Source: Euglena gracilis (lineage: Eukaryota). From it: a DNA stretch of 64,000 nucleotides. This document shows positions 11,517 through 25,300 of this stretch, piece by piece; positions within the stretch are counted from its first letter, which is position 1; every line of letters begins with the position of its first letter. The notes below the pieces were generated by a model that saw only the letters and a program-made list of their open reading frames with translations, was not told where the DNA came from and did not search any database. A program made the position numbers and the translations under genes. The DNA is taken from positions 16,200,140 to 16,264,139 of the forward strand of contig CP154954.1 in NCBI GenBank assembly GCA_039621445.1, written 5' to 3'.

Positions 11517-14357
11517 CTGGCGGGACTTACCTTTTGTTTACTTCTATGTCCCACCCTTAAAACACTCAAACCCGCCGCAGTTCAGCCACTTTCATCTCAC
11601 CCAAGCTCTTGGGGGACACTGTGGTGGCATGGTGGATGGAGACCCTTGATGGCAGGTGCGTCCAAAAATCCAACAGATATGGAGGGAAGATGATCGATCG
11701 GCAGCCTTCAAAACACCTTCACAAACTTCCCCCCAAATAATATACCCCGCCCCTGGCCTGCGATTTCAGCTGCCCAAATAATGTACCCCCAGCCACACTC
11801 CTTTATATAAATCAAGCAAAGCGGAAGCTCATCAAATTCCCTCTGAAAAAAAGCATATTTTAAAATTATGCTTGGTACAACAAACCTACCAAGGCCCTAC
11901 TGGTGCGACCCTCGCCCAATGAAACCCCTCCCCCAAATGGTATACCTGGTGGTGTTTTATTATACAGGTATCCACAACTTGGGCCCAGGGTGGGTACTTG
12001 AGTCGGGGGGTGTATTATTGGGGAAATTCTTCAAGCTCAAAAAGACACCCAGAGTTCCCCTTTTCACATAATATCTGGACTTTTCATATTTCTCCTTTTA
12101 TTTTACGTGATCTCCCATTTGCCCACCATTTGGAACCTGGCGATGCATCATGCATCATGCGCCGAAAGCCTGGTGCCTGATGGCTGCCCCCTCCCTCCTG
12201 ATGTACACGTCTCGGGACAGGTGATGCATTGGTCCATTGGGTCCATGTGCTTTTCCCCCAAGGGCAGGTCGGTCAATGGGGCAGTGCATTTTTTTTAAGG
12301 ACTGCCCCATTATGGACCGTCTTAGGACTAAGGACCTGCCAATGGCCGGTCTGGGCGTTGAACAGGGTTGAAAATGAAAAATTATGAAATAAAAAACCCC
12401 GCATTTTTTGACTTTTTGGGTGGATGAGCGATGGCCTTTCTTCAATGGGAATGAAAACTTCAGATTATCACCATGACCCCTGCCCCGTTCCCAAATTTTT
12501 TCCCAATCGCGAGCGATTGGATCCCGGCTTTCTGAACCACTTCTGGTTGGCCCCTAACTCCCACCAGGTCCGAGGTATTCAGCCAACAATGGGTGCAAAC
12601 TGGGTAGGATTTGCCACCCCCCCCTCTGGTATTCAACAAACAAAGGAGGAGGCAAACAAGGTGTTGTCCCTCCTTGGTTGCATTTTAGTATTGAGAATGA
12701 TGTGCTGGAAGAGGTTCGTTATATGCATTTGCCGCTTCCCTGCCCTGCTTTTTTTGTTATTGTGGCTGCCTGTTCCAAAGCCAAGGCGGTTCTTCCCCAC
12801 TCATCTAATATCAAAAAGTGACATATTTGAACCGGGTCTGTTCGCCTGGGAGCCATTGGGGATGAACCTTGTTTTACCCTCAGGGAACTCCACATCCTGG
12901 GGCACCAAATCCATCACGCATTTATTATTATTTTTTCTCATCAAGGGGCCAAACCTTTTGCGACGGTCTGAAAATTTCCACCTTTTGCAGCTGGCCTTCG
13001 CTGATCTGTGGTGATTCGCTGTGCCCCGAAAAGCCACTCGGACAGCATTGAACAATGCCCAGTACAATGGAGAGGGCACCCCCCCCAACCCCCTCCAAAC
13101 CCCCACCAAAAAACCTGGCGGTGTGCCAGCCTGCCAGGTTACCAAAAACGATCATTTTTTTCTTTGCCCCCCCCCCCCCCGTAGGTTATTCGGGCATTCA
13201 CAGGGTCAAGGACCTGTGAATGTCCATGTTAATTTACCGGGATTTCATGCAGACTTGTCGTTGCAGATTGAGCCATTTCTTAAGGTTTTTGAGCTACTTG
13301 TGTGTGGGACCCGAAATTTGTAACATATCAAGTGCCCTGGACGAGTTATGGCTTTGGCCTTTTTGTTAGCAAAGCTCGGGACTTAAAGGGACTCGTCTCA
13401 CGTATCTCAAATTTGAAGCTGTGGCCGTTTTATGGTGTTTTTGAATCATCGGATTTATTCATTTATTCATTTTCCTTCTATTTTTTGAATTTTTGTTATT
13501 TTCCACCATCTTGGTGAAAATTGATTTATTGCATGGTAAAAAGTGTGTTTACTGCAACTTTGAGGGGTTTTGAAGGAATGCCGCCCAACACTGTACTCTG
13601 GCCGTTTGCTTCTTTGCAGAAAGCAACCAATTTTAACCAAATTCTGGTCAAATTTTCTTAAGCAACGCCCTGCTGCATACCTTGTGCACATTTTCTGTTG
13701 TTAGATTACAAAATCTTTGACAAGAGCGAGTTTTATTTTTTTCCAGCCGCCTGAAAAGTGGCTGGTCAGTAACAGATTTTCGCTTTTGGGGGTCCAAAAA
13801 TGGGCCAAAATGGGTCAAAAATGGGGGAAATGGGTCGCAAAAGGGATCGTCAGGGCAAATTTGGGGTCGAAAAATCGATATTTTTTTTGCATAATTGGCA
13901 GTTTTTTTTTGGACATTTTTGCGCTTTCAATTTTGTGATACCCGTTTCGACCCCGGGTCGGGCTTAGCTCCAGCCCTGGCACCCCCAAGGGGGTAAGCCA
14001 ACAGCCTTTTTCCAACCAGCCCAAGCTCTCCAGCCTCTGAGCTGGACCCCCCATGGGTCCTAAAGGAACGCCCTTGCATGCAGAAGCCACACCACATGCG
14101 TCGGTTAAAATAGCACATGTCTCAAACCATTAATTTTATTTGGCATGGTTTTATTGAATCCACCGACGCACTGTGCAGAGGGTGAATGGGTTTCACGGAG
14201 TGCCACACTCCGTCAGAATCCCATGTCAGCATCCCCAATGTCGTAGATGGAGAACCTGTTCTATAACATTGCAGTGAAGGGGGGGGGACCTCACTACAAC
14301 ATTACGTCAAACCGGTGGAGAAGAAAAGCACGTTGCTGCCCAATGGTTGCCAAGACG

Positions 14358-14628
<271 letters not shown>

Positions 14629-16825
14629 GCAATACCCCCCCCCCCGCCTGCCCATACCGAGTCGCTCCCATCTTGCGCTGCGCATTGTGTTCCATTGCAC
14701 TGCACCCCAGCGATGCCACACCTGGAGCTGTGGTGTATGGCGGGCTTCCATTGTTGTGTTATGCTCTGCTGTTGTTCTGTGTTGTGTGCTGCGCCGTGCC
14801 CATCACACGTATGGGGTGGTACCAGCCAACAGTGCCTAGGCAGTGGTGTTGTTCGATGATTCAAACAGAGGTATGCGGATAGATGTTAAGATTAAAATTA
14901 TTGACCGGTAAATAATTTGGTTTTCTATATTCTCAGAGAAAGGGCGGGCTTCAGCTTCTTTTCCGCATTTGCATTCATTTCACAGATTCATGAGCTGCAA
15001 AATGGGCTGACTGTTGCCAGGCTTAAATCCAAAACGCAAAGCCATTTGTTTCTTGCCAGCTGACACACCCCGTATCAACTGCACTTTTCCCATTCCCAAA
15101 ATGCCATTTTCTTTGTGGTTCAGTGCACATGACATGGCGTGTCCATGACACCCCCCCCCCCCCCCGTGTCAACCGCACTTTCCCCATATTTTGGCGTGTC
15201 AGGACGGGGGGGGGGTAGGAGGGTGGTGTGGAATGGGTTCACCCAGTTAGTCTAACGTTTATGGTAGGGTTTAGGTTTGGTGTCACCCTCCCCTCAAATG
15301 AACCCCCCAATATAAACCACCTGGGGGCTTTGTTTGGTGACCAAGTATGACCCCCATGCCGATAAGCATCGCACAAGCGGCACAAGACAGGAAAAAACCC
15401 CCAAATGCATTGTTTTTTTCGATAGTTTTTCACGTCCTTTTTGTGGATGTTTAGACGGAAAGGTTGATTGAACTACCCACGAAAGGAACGATCGATGGAA
15501 TGCCACTGATTGATGGTAATTAGTCAGCTTAGCCTCCCTGGTGCCCTTTGGACGGTATGTCTGTGTTGAGCCCCCCCCCCCCCCCCGCCATTTCTGAATT
15601 TGGAGTGATCCAAGGTTTGCTCTACAACAAAGACGGAATACTGCTTTTCTAGTTTCCAGGAGAAGGTCCGAGAGGCACCCCGGAAGCACCAGGTTCCAGG
15701 CAGCTGAGGTGGGTGTTTCTCCCAAGTATGTTATTCGATGTTTTCGGTCGCTGTTTCCAAAGGCCATGTTGCGTTCATCCACCCTGGTGATGAATCAGAT
15801 TGCAAACATCAAATTCTTCTTAACTTTGATGTATCTTTTTTAATTTGTATATTAAGAATTCATTACCTGAATACCATCCAGCGCACAGACAACACAGGTG
15901 CAAGGGGTGCTGCACCCATGCACCGATGTGATGTGTCGGCACGAGATTCCCCATGTGTTTTGTGAGGTGTTGGTGCTCTAACAGGAAGAAATATCGACTG
16001 GTGGGCCGGGGGGGGGTCTAATGGGGAACATCCGGGACCACATCCCAAAAAGGTCAAACTGTTTCTTCCAGCGCTTGTATTCAAAATGCTTTTCCCATTG
16101 ACGAGATTTTGTCAGGAAGTGCAAAGATTTTTTTGGACGATTTGAGCAAAAAAATTCATGTCCCAAGACAAAAAGTAATGTGGTGTCAATTTAACCAGGT
16201 CACTATTTCGGGGGGGGGGTGTTCCCCACCCCCTGCTCCCCTTGAGTAGTGGAGGGCATGAACCCTGGACGGGATTTCAAGACCCCCAGGGAGGATTTTA
16301 TTGGGAGCTTATACTTCGTCAACCCGCTTAGCTGTGCATGTGGCATTCAACACCTCCCCACCTTGCTGAGGCTGGGTTCCACTGGGGGCTCGGTTGGTTA
16401 CCCAACTGCAAATTTAGTTCCCTTACTGTACACAGAGAAGCCAAACTATCGGGCCCGTGAAATCCCTGGGTGCGATATGGGTCAATGCGCAGATTTTACA
16501 AGAGGTGTCCGAAGGACATTTGCAGAAACGGTTTTCTGCACACTGGCTGCCTGCTTTTTGCGAAGGCTTCTGGATTGATTGATGGTTGTATGACCTGAGG
16601 AGGTGCGGCGGTCCCTGTCTTGTTTGTGCATTTTTTGAATTCTCTTCTTTTGTTGAGGGTTTGGGTTTGGGTTTGGTAACAATTCTTTCCGCTAGCAAAA
16701 AGGGGGCACGGGGTGCCAGCCCGTTGGTTTCCCTGGAGACCAGAGATCTCAGGCCTAACCACCCCTGCTCTTCCCCTGACAGGGTTCTCCGGCTAGCCTC
16801 CGCCACCGGCCCCCCCCCAAACCAT

Positions 16826-16927
16826 ATGGCCGCGCCGTTCAGCCTCATGCAGCAGCTCCCCGGTAAGTCCGACCTGTGGCTGCAGCTGCGGGGCTCCGAA
16901 GCTGCCCGAACCGCACCCAGGCCACAT
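16826..16927 (+). CDS. Same exon, copy 2
   Basis: MAAPFSLMQQLPGKSDLWLQLRGSEAARTAPRPH; synonymous-biased divergence from copy 1. Confidence 0.7.
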
Positions 16928-19888
16928 GACTATGGTACTCCCCAAACCATGACTTTTCATCTCAACCGCCTCCCACCAGTTTTCTGTGCAAAAATTCCAT
17001 CTTTTTGAGCAAAATTCCCAACAAATATCCCCTGTTCCAACGTTGTCCCTTCCATCCAACTGTTCCAATTGTTGTCCCTTACGTATCTGTTGGAGTATTT
17101 GAGCATTCCGGGCGTGAGGGCAAAAAAAAAACCCAAAAAACCAAAATCGGGAAGGTTTCATTTTGATTTTTCTGGGATTCCCACATCTGGAATTTTCTCC
17201 CCCACCCGAATTCCGCCTGAATCGTCCTTTGGTTGGTTATTGGACCTGTATGCATTTCTGTCGGCCCAAAAGAGGGACGTCTGTGCAGGGGAGGGGGGGT
17301 TGTAAGTTGTGCCTCAGAGTTCTCCAGAAGGTCCTCATTATGCGCTCAGTTGTTGGCGATGGAAGGCAAATAAAAATTTAAAATGGTTTTTTTCTTTTCC
17401 TTCTTTTTTTTCTCCCTTCCTGGCGTCTGGCCTTTGGTCTTTTCATTTGAGGGTGCCCTCCAAATTTGCCCCCACACCCAGTCTTGTATCCAATGTTGAC
17501 CAAGCGCATAGGGGGGGGGTTGCTGGTTTTGTTATGATGTTTGCAGAGCAACTGCTGCATGGTTTTGGCACCAAAGGGGGTTCCAGCCTCGCGACCCCCC
17601 CCCCCCTTGGCCCCATCATGAAGAGAATTTTAATTCTTGTCCAGCCCCTCCGAACGCCAGCTGGACTGCAATGTATTTTGCCTTCGAAGGTGCACGCATG
17701 GGTGAAAAAAGGGGTAAAATGGGTAAAAAATCGACTGCCTCCTTCAGAATTTGAATCAAAATCGATTTTTTGTGTAATTGCTGATTTCCAGGCCTTTTAT
17801 TTTTTTTTGAGGTGTCCAGTTCGAGCCCAAGTCGGGCCATGTTCCAACCAGGAGACCTTATTTCCGGGGGTTGATCCAGCGGCCTGTATGAACTTTTTCC
17901 AGCTCTCGAGCGGGACCCCCCCCCCCAGTGGGGGACGCACTGTTTGGGATGCTTTCTGGAGGTTCGAATCCTGTGGCCTGCCCCCGCTCTCCATCTTGCA
18001 GGCTCATCACACTCACCTGGTGGGAGGGGGCATTGCTGGCGTAAATAGCAAGCGCGGGCACGCGACCGTCAGTGGAAACATTTGAATCACTTGCGCCAGT
18101 GCATTCAAATTGGAAGCGATTCCCCCAAATAAGACCAAGGTCTACGTTGGGTCCGTTGTTTTTAAACCCTGGGGGGTGGGCTTATTTTTGGGAGTCAACT
18201 TTTTGTAATTTTTGTTTGAAAAACCATCCTGCGGAAGGTCCAAAATCAGGCCTAAAATGGGACAATTTTTGGCCTCGAGCCAAAATTTTCCAAAATTTCC
18301 TCAAAAGGTGCCAATTTTGATGCATTCAAAAAGTGCAGAAAAGAAAATATGTTGAAGAAATGGTTGCCCATTTTGGGGAATTCTCACCGTTTTTGAGGGC
18401 GCTTCCGAAAATCCCGAGAGCAGGGTAGTTTTTTTGTTTGCTGAAAAGCTGCACCACGGGTGGATTTTTTCGGGGGCTAATTTTGGAGTGTCTTATTTTT
18501 TGAGATTTTAGTTGCAATGTGCCCGAAGAAACTGAGAAAGCCAAGTCAGCTGTGGGCAGCCACAAACCTTGTGCTTGAAAGTTTGTTTACTTTTTGGGAA
18601 AAAGGCACTTCTTCAAAATTTGAATGCAAAATAGGCGAAAAGTTTGGCCTATCACAGGGTGTTCCTGGTCCTTGTGCCGTCCACGCTTCCGGTCATGGGT
18701 CCCTCAAGACATCATTACAACTGACTTTCAAATGACAAAAGGTGTTCAGCTGGCTGGCAGGACCCACTGATCCTGAAGCCAACAAATGGGTTGGTTCTTC
18801 TGAGCTGCTGCAGCCAAAAGTGAGGGGCTGCGGAAGCAAGCGTCCCCCCACCTCTAAAACACTTTCGGTGCTTGCCTGAAACTGCTTTTTGCAAAGAAAT
18901 TCAGGTATGTTTTTTTTATGTTTCAGTGCTGCACGACGGTCCGAATAATCGCACTGTTGTTTCGTTAGTGTGGGTGTCCCCTCCATGAAACCAAAGGGTT
19001 TTTCTGGACCCCCCACACTCGTGCGTTGACCACCCGCTTAGGGACGAAAGACGGCTTTTTGTTGGCAGGGAGTTGGATTCTGTGTCTGTCAGAGGGCAGC
19101 GTGGTGCCCAGCACTGCACCCAAGTCCCGACCGATCCAAACAAAGGGGTCCTCTTCCCCCTCGTCGTTTCCCCAAGTCCCCCTACGGCTTTCAGTCCTTT
19201 CCTCCATTCTGGACCTTTGGGGGGCCCGATATCAGCAGGCCAACTCGAAGTTTACATGGTCCGAGCCACAGGGGGTGCAACTTGCATGTGGATTTGGCTT
19301 TCCTGAATCGGTTGACTACCGATCCACCCACCCCCAGCTTAAGTCCATAGCCGCCAAAGTGGTTGAAATTACAAAAAGGCCAAAAACAACCAAAAATGGC
19401 CATATACCCCTTTCTTGTGGCCATTATTTCGCCGACGGACCGGAATGCCCCAACGATGCTAGATATCATTTTTTCTTCTGGAGTTGGCCTGAATTGCAAA
19501 GTTTTTGCGACTGCAAGTGCCTTGGTTAGCCTTCCCAAAAGGGTGGTGTCCCTGAGGGTGTCCTAGGTACAGTCTGTAGTGGAGCCATTTTTCTGCCCTG
19601 GGTTGCCTTGTTTTTGGGCTCATTTTTTCAGCCCTCCCCCTCGGGAGGGTGAAGCAGAGCGCGTAGATAACGGTCAGCACCACAGACAAGAGTGATTAGG
19701 GACGACGGCTGCAGGGTCATCGACCCTGATGATACCCCACCTGCCAGTGTGGCGAAACCGCAACACAGTCTGACATCACACTTCCCCACAAGCACTAACA
19801 CTTGGGTCGAAAGGAGCTCCCCCAAAGGAGTTCCCCTAGTTACAACAATTCAGAAGAGAAAGGCAAACCCGCCGCAGCTTCTTCTGGG

Positions 19889-20205
19889 CAGGGCGGTCCT
19901 CAAGGGACAGGAAAGTTTTTTTTTTATTTCCTTAAGGACCGCCCCCCTTTCGGCCAAAGGGCCGGCTAAGGGCTGGACTGGGACTTGAATGGGGGCCAAA
20001 ATTAAAAAGTCCAAAAAAAAACAGTTTTTGATGATTTGGGTGGATGGACGATGGTCCAAGGGTGCCAGGAATCAATTTTTTTTCCCGATGTCGATCTGTT
20101 CTCACTGAAAAATGCCAAAATTTCTTGCCATTTTCCTGTATATTTTTCACTGAGTGTGCTGGGACGGCGGAGTTTTTTTTTTTAATTTGCTTAAAGACCG
20201 CCCTT
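19889..20205. mobile_element. MITE family A, independent insertion (mirror copy about 35521-35804)
   Basis: Same internal sequence as 1708-2016; TSD CTTCTGGG/CTTCTGAG. Confidence 0.88.
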
Positions 20206-20670
20206 CTTCTGAGTGCCTCAGCTCAGGCTCAGGCCCACCCCCGCCCCAGGGGTTGAAAAAGGGGGCTGACAAAATGAGGGAATCCATTTCCACTGACCCC
20301 TGGTGAAAACAGAACAAGACATCTATTCACACCGAACCCCTCTCCTCCGCTGCCGTCCCTCAAACATTTCAGAGACAACCGGGGCTTTGGCGCCACACCA
20401 GCCACGGACAGTCTGCCGCGGCTCCGTCACGACGATTTAGTTCCTCCGAGGACTTTGGCGTGCTTGTCTGGATTCCTTTGGTACTTTCCACTTTCCGCAA
20501 ACGGACGGGGGGTTTCGATGGCTTATCGAAATCTCTGTCATTTTAGGAATAGGGGTTAGAGTTGCAATTGTTGTTCAGAAGAGGGCCAACGCTAAATTTG
20601 GCCAAATTGGCTCTAAATTTAGCTGAATTAGGCCTAATTTTTGTCGAATTTTAGTCTTTATGGGATGAAT

Positions 20671-20741
20671 CCTAACCCTAACCTTCCTAACCCTGACACT
20701 GACATCCCGAACCAATAACCCAAAACCCTCACCCTAAACCT
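20671..20741 (-). repeat. Short degenerate interstitial TTAGGG-like repeats (mirror about 34990-35064)
   Basis: CCTAACCCTAACCTTCCTAACCCTGAC ... ACCCTCACCCTAAACC. Confidence 0.5.
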
Positions 20742-21558
20742 GGAGTTGGGATGCCAGTAGGTATTGCACATTTGTCCTGGACCTCCAGTGGGGAGTTCAA
20801 AAACACAGAGAATATGGCTTCGGTCTCTCTTGTTAACGCAGGGACGGTCCAACCCTCCCCCTGCTTTTTCAAACCTCATCCCTGGGAGTGTGAAGCAGAG
20901 CACGTTCATACGGTCTGCAGCACACAGACAAGAGTATTCAGCACACAGTCAGCAGTCATAGATAGACAGTCATAGATAGTGACTGGCTGGTTTTCCGAAA
21001 GAGAGTGGCTGACTGGTTTTTAAAAAAGTGGAGTGATAACCCCTCCCCCCCGGGGGTCGGTAAAAAATTGTGTGGTGGGTATCACAAGTTCACAATTTAA
21101 GAGTCGCAAAAACCTGTTGTACAGAGAAAATCCTGTGAAATATTTCTGTGGTAGGAACCGCGTTCCCCTGGAAAGCATAGAATATGAAAGCATTCTTGCC
21201 GCCGTTCAGACAAGAGCGTCCGAACCACTTGCACCCTCCCCAAAGCCATTCTTGCTCAAAATGGACTTTGATTTTGTTTCAAGTTCACCGCGGTGCCAGG
21301 GAACCCAGAATCGGTGTGGTGAAAGCCTTTCCCGAAAATTCCAAGAGCTCTCGACTGGCCCATCCCTAAGGACCGTCCCCTTGTCTGACACAAGTGCCCT
21401 TGACAACCCCCCTCTGTGTCAACGCACATTCCTGGAACATTTCTGTGCGTTGGGGGTTAGCAGCCTTGCTGCCTCCGGAGGACAGGACTGCCAGCTCCCT
21501 CCCCTCCCCAGAGCCGACACACCCTGGGGTGCTGGACTGCTGCCCGCCGCAATGGGCG

Positions 21559-21624
21559 CAGGGAATTTCTTAAGCTGGACCCTACCCTATCCCGGGGGGG
21601 GGGGGCGTCCGGTTTAGCTGGCCG

Positions 21625-21655
<31 letters not shown>

Positions 21656-21792
21656 GGTTACCACTCGACCCCCCTCCCCGGGGGGGGGAGTAGTAATAAA
21701 GTAAAAAACAAAGTAATGAGGGGGTCCAGCCAGCATTTTTTTCCAGCCAGCCGTTTGGACCCCGCCAGAGGGGGTTCTCAAGAAATTCGCTG
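21559..21792. mobile_element. MITE family D (mirror 33938-34172)
   Basis: TIR CAGGGAATTTCTTAAG ... CTCAAGAAATTCGCTG; TSD AATGGGCG/AATGGGCC; internal (CAGC)n. Confidence 0.85.
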
Positions 21793-22063
21793 AATGGGCC
21801 CCCTCCGAGGGCACCCAGGCTGACTGCGCTGCGGTCCCATCGGCTCCACTCGCCCGCCAATCCCTGCTTCATGTGGTCGGACATGGGGACATGCAAGGTT
21901 GCTTATTCCTGCCTCCCCTCCTGACTGCCTTTTTCTTTTGAACCCTCATCCCTTCTCTTGGCCTCTTTGTCTGGTTTCTTTTTTTGGGGGCATGGCTTTT
22001 GGATTTTTGTCCCAAATCTGGTGGTTTACCCTTTGTACCTGCCCAGGGAGAACCCCACCAAAC

Positions 22064-22375
22064 CAGGCTTGTGCTTAGTCGGGTGCCTACCCCACAGGGG
22101 GGGGTGGGTGCTAGGGGCAGGCACCCCATGGCACCCGATCCGACCCCCCCCCCAGGGGGGGTAGGGTTTTGGGGGGTGCCTGCCCCTAGCAGGCAACCCC
22201 CCTCTGACCCCGGCGCCGAAGGCGCTGGGGGCCTGGGAAAGGCCATTTTCAATGAAGATTTTCTGGGCCTCCCGGACCCCTACCCCCCCCCCCCCTGGGG
22301 GGTGTGCCTGCTAGGGGCAGGCACTCTATAGCACCCACCCACCCTCCCCCCCCCCGGTCGGTAAGCACAAGCATG
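22064..22375. mobile_element. MITE family E (mirror 33364-33670)
   Basis: TIR CAGGCTTGTGCTTA ... TAAGCACAAGCATG; perfect TSD CACCAAAC; a paralogous empty site CACCAAGCACCT lies at about 4340. Confidence 0.92.
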
Positions 22376-25300
22376 CACCAAACACCTGTGGCATGACTGG
22401 GCGTAAGCACCAATTTGCTAGGCAACTGTATGGATGGGATTGGATCTCGGGCAGAGCACAGCATTGCTGTAGCTGCAACTGAGTGCAACGTGGTCCTCTC
22501 CCACGCACCCCTGTTGCATCACGTACGTGGCGGCCAGGCAGATGTTCTGAAAGATGGGGAACTGATGTCGCAGTGAGGGTCTGCCTGCCCCTGATCCCCC
22601 TCAGATGGGTCCCAGCCTGCCTCCCCCTGTGTCACCCGGAAGTAAGCCAGCCTACCATACGGTGCACAATCCGTACTCTTTTGAAGGTCCTTGGGCCATA
22701 TACCGGAGGGTTTTCAAACAACTTGCAGAGTAACGGAGGCATTGTTAAAAGAAGGAATGGATTCATTTCCTGAATCACCATTTCAATCTGTGTTCCTTTA
22801 ATTTACTGATTCATAGGATTTTTGTCACCCAATGAATTGGGTTTTGTCTGCCAGAACTGCACATCCCTGTTACACATTGAGGACCACAGCACCTCCTCAT
22901 GTCAAGAAACTGCCTTTTTTTGTATCCCCGCCAGAATTAAGTGCCAATGGCTCTTCCTCGTTTCCTAACCGCCCAGGGACCCTTGCGATGGCCCTCAATA
23001 CGTGGTCCAAGCGACCTCGTGATTGAGTCCAAGGACCAACAGCCTGCGCAATCATCTTCCTCTCGCAGTGAGAAAAATATTATCATGGTATCGTGCCGTT
23101 GAAACAGCGGTTGTTGAGACCCCCCCTGTCAAGGGCACTTTCCTTGAACACTTGGCTTGTCTTGGACAAGAGGGGGAGGTTACCTGTTAAGTGCTGAGTT
23201 TAGACTATCGAGTGTATTTTTCACTGGTCCTTGAGGGGTCCCACAATTATCAGCATTTTGACCAATTATTTGGAATCGTGTTTTTGCGTCCGAAAGCCTC
23301 CTGGTGCACCAGGTTGGTGGACACCCAGCCTTTTGACCTCAAAGCTCTGATCACTTGCAAAAAAAGTCCCACATCATCTTAAGCATCTATCGTGGCTTAT
23401 TGTGCTTGGGAGTGGGGTGCACTTTCGCAAAAATTCATACCAGAGGTGGGAATTTGGGGTTGAAGAAAAGATTGGACGAGCAAAAAAATGGCCTTAAAAT
23501 GGATGGGTGGTGTCGGCCAAAGTCGCAATCATATTCGGAGACCAGAACGCTCTGAAAAAAGGGGATAGAATTTTTTTTAAAAAATGTGGAAGACAAGCTG
23601 TGTGGTTATCTCCAGCGTGCCCATAGATTCTCATACCCACGTCCACAAAGAATTTTCATCCCCTGAAAAAAGAAATGGGAAAAAAGAATGGCACCCCACA
23701 CTCCACAGAACCATTCTGAAGAACCTCAGAGTTGCGAGTACCGGTGGAGCACTTGGACAGGCATTCGCGACTGCTTAGAACTGAGTAGCACCACCTCAAA
23801 GTGAGGTCATGCCAAACCCCAGGGTTTACCCCCAGCTCCCTCGAAAGAAACCCATCAAGTCCCTACAAGCACATCAACCTGCCAATTCTTGCTCGCGGTT
23901 AGAAAACACTCTGACTGCACAACATCCGACCTGCAACTGGTGCGCGTGCTCAATGGGGTTAAAATCAGGGCCTGTTTTTTTTTTCTTGCAAGTGGAGTGT
24001 TCGCAGTGGATGGGGTCACCAATTTCACCAAGATTTCACTTGTGAGAAGGCCAATAAACTACGCCCAAACGCGATCCATTTCGGCAATTTTTATGTCTCT
24101 GCATCTGTATCTGTATCACTCGATGCCAAACCATATTTCTGCAATCCCGCAGCGGTGCAACCTGGATTAAGCAGTCGCAATTGCCCGACAAAGCACCAAT
24201 CCACCAGGCGCAACTCTGAGATGGGATTTGGGCTGGTTCTGTGGAACGTGCGGGGCCATCATCGCACATACCCGGGAAAACGTCCCCTGTGCCAACCCTG
24301 AACCGCCTTCAAAGCAACCTTCCACCTGCCTTGTAAGCCAGGTTTTGTGCTGAGCTCTTCATGTGTCTGATGGTGCCATGCTGCAGCAGACGTTTGAGGC
24401 TTGTGGCAGCCAGGGCGGCCCAGCCCGGCCCCAGGGTTGTATGGGAAGCTCTGCAGACATGAGGAAGGTGATAGGGGGGAGTCGCTGAGCTCTTATCCCT
24501 TTATGGGTAAGAGCGAAGCTTACCCCTGGGGAAATGGGGGGGGGGTTCGAACCGCCCCCACCCTCCCCCCCCCCCGGGTCGGGGCCACCTCAGGAACCGG
24601 CGGATTATCACCATGATCCCAGCTCCGTTCCCGGAATTTCTTTTTCAGTCGCGACTGGATTTCTAGTTTCCAAATCACCTCCGTTTGACCCCAACTCCCC
24701 GCCAGGCCCAAGTTATTCAGCCGCGAAGGGGTCCAAACTGGGTAGGACTGGCCCGCCCCGCCCCCCCTTCCGACTCTGCCATTTCGCCAGGGTCCAAAAA
24801 TGGGTCACCCGTCGGTCAAAAATTCGATTTTTCGAAAGTATCTCGAGGAAGCGTACATTATTTTCGGAAATGTGGTCTGACAAAATGTACCCCCGGAGGC
24901 CCTCTATCACCCCCCCATTCGCCGTTTTGGCCGCCGACACGCCTCGTCCGTGTTCCGGCACGCTTTGCGGCCCAAAATGGCCATTTTGGGCCGTTTTTTT
25001 TTTTGGGCTGTTTTTTTTTTTGGGTCAAAAATCGATTTTTCCAAATTATCTCGACAATGAAGCAAAATCAAAGAAAATGTCCGCAGTGTAAAAATGAAGC
25101 CCTTGGAATGCCCTATCCAACCGTGTTTTTTTGCTTTTCCCCCCTCTTTAACTCTTTGTGTAGCCGTAGAGTTACGGCAATTTTTTCAGCCAATTTCGGC
25201 CCATTTCTGGGCAATTTTGGGCTTTTTTCGGGGCCAAGAAATCGATGTTTCCAAAATATCTCGGAAATGAAGCGAAATCAGAGGAAATGTCCAGAGACCT

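Noticed and set aside
20671-20741. Telomere
   Set aside because: Only a few degenerate units, located internally.
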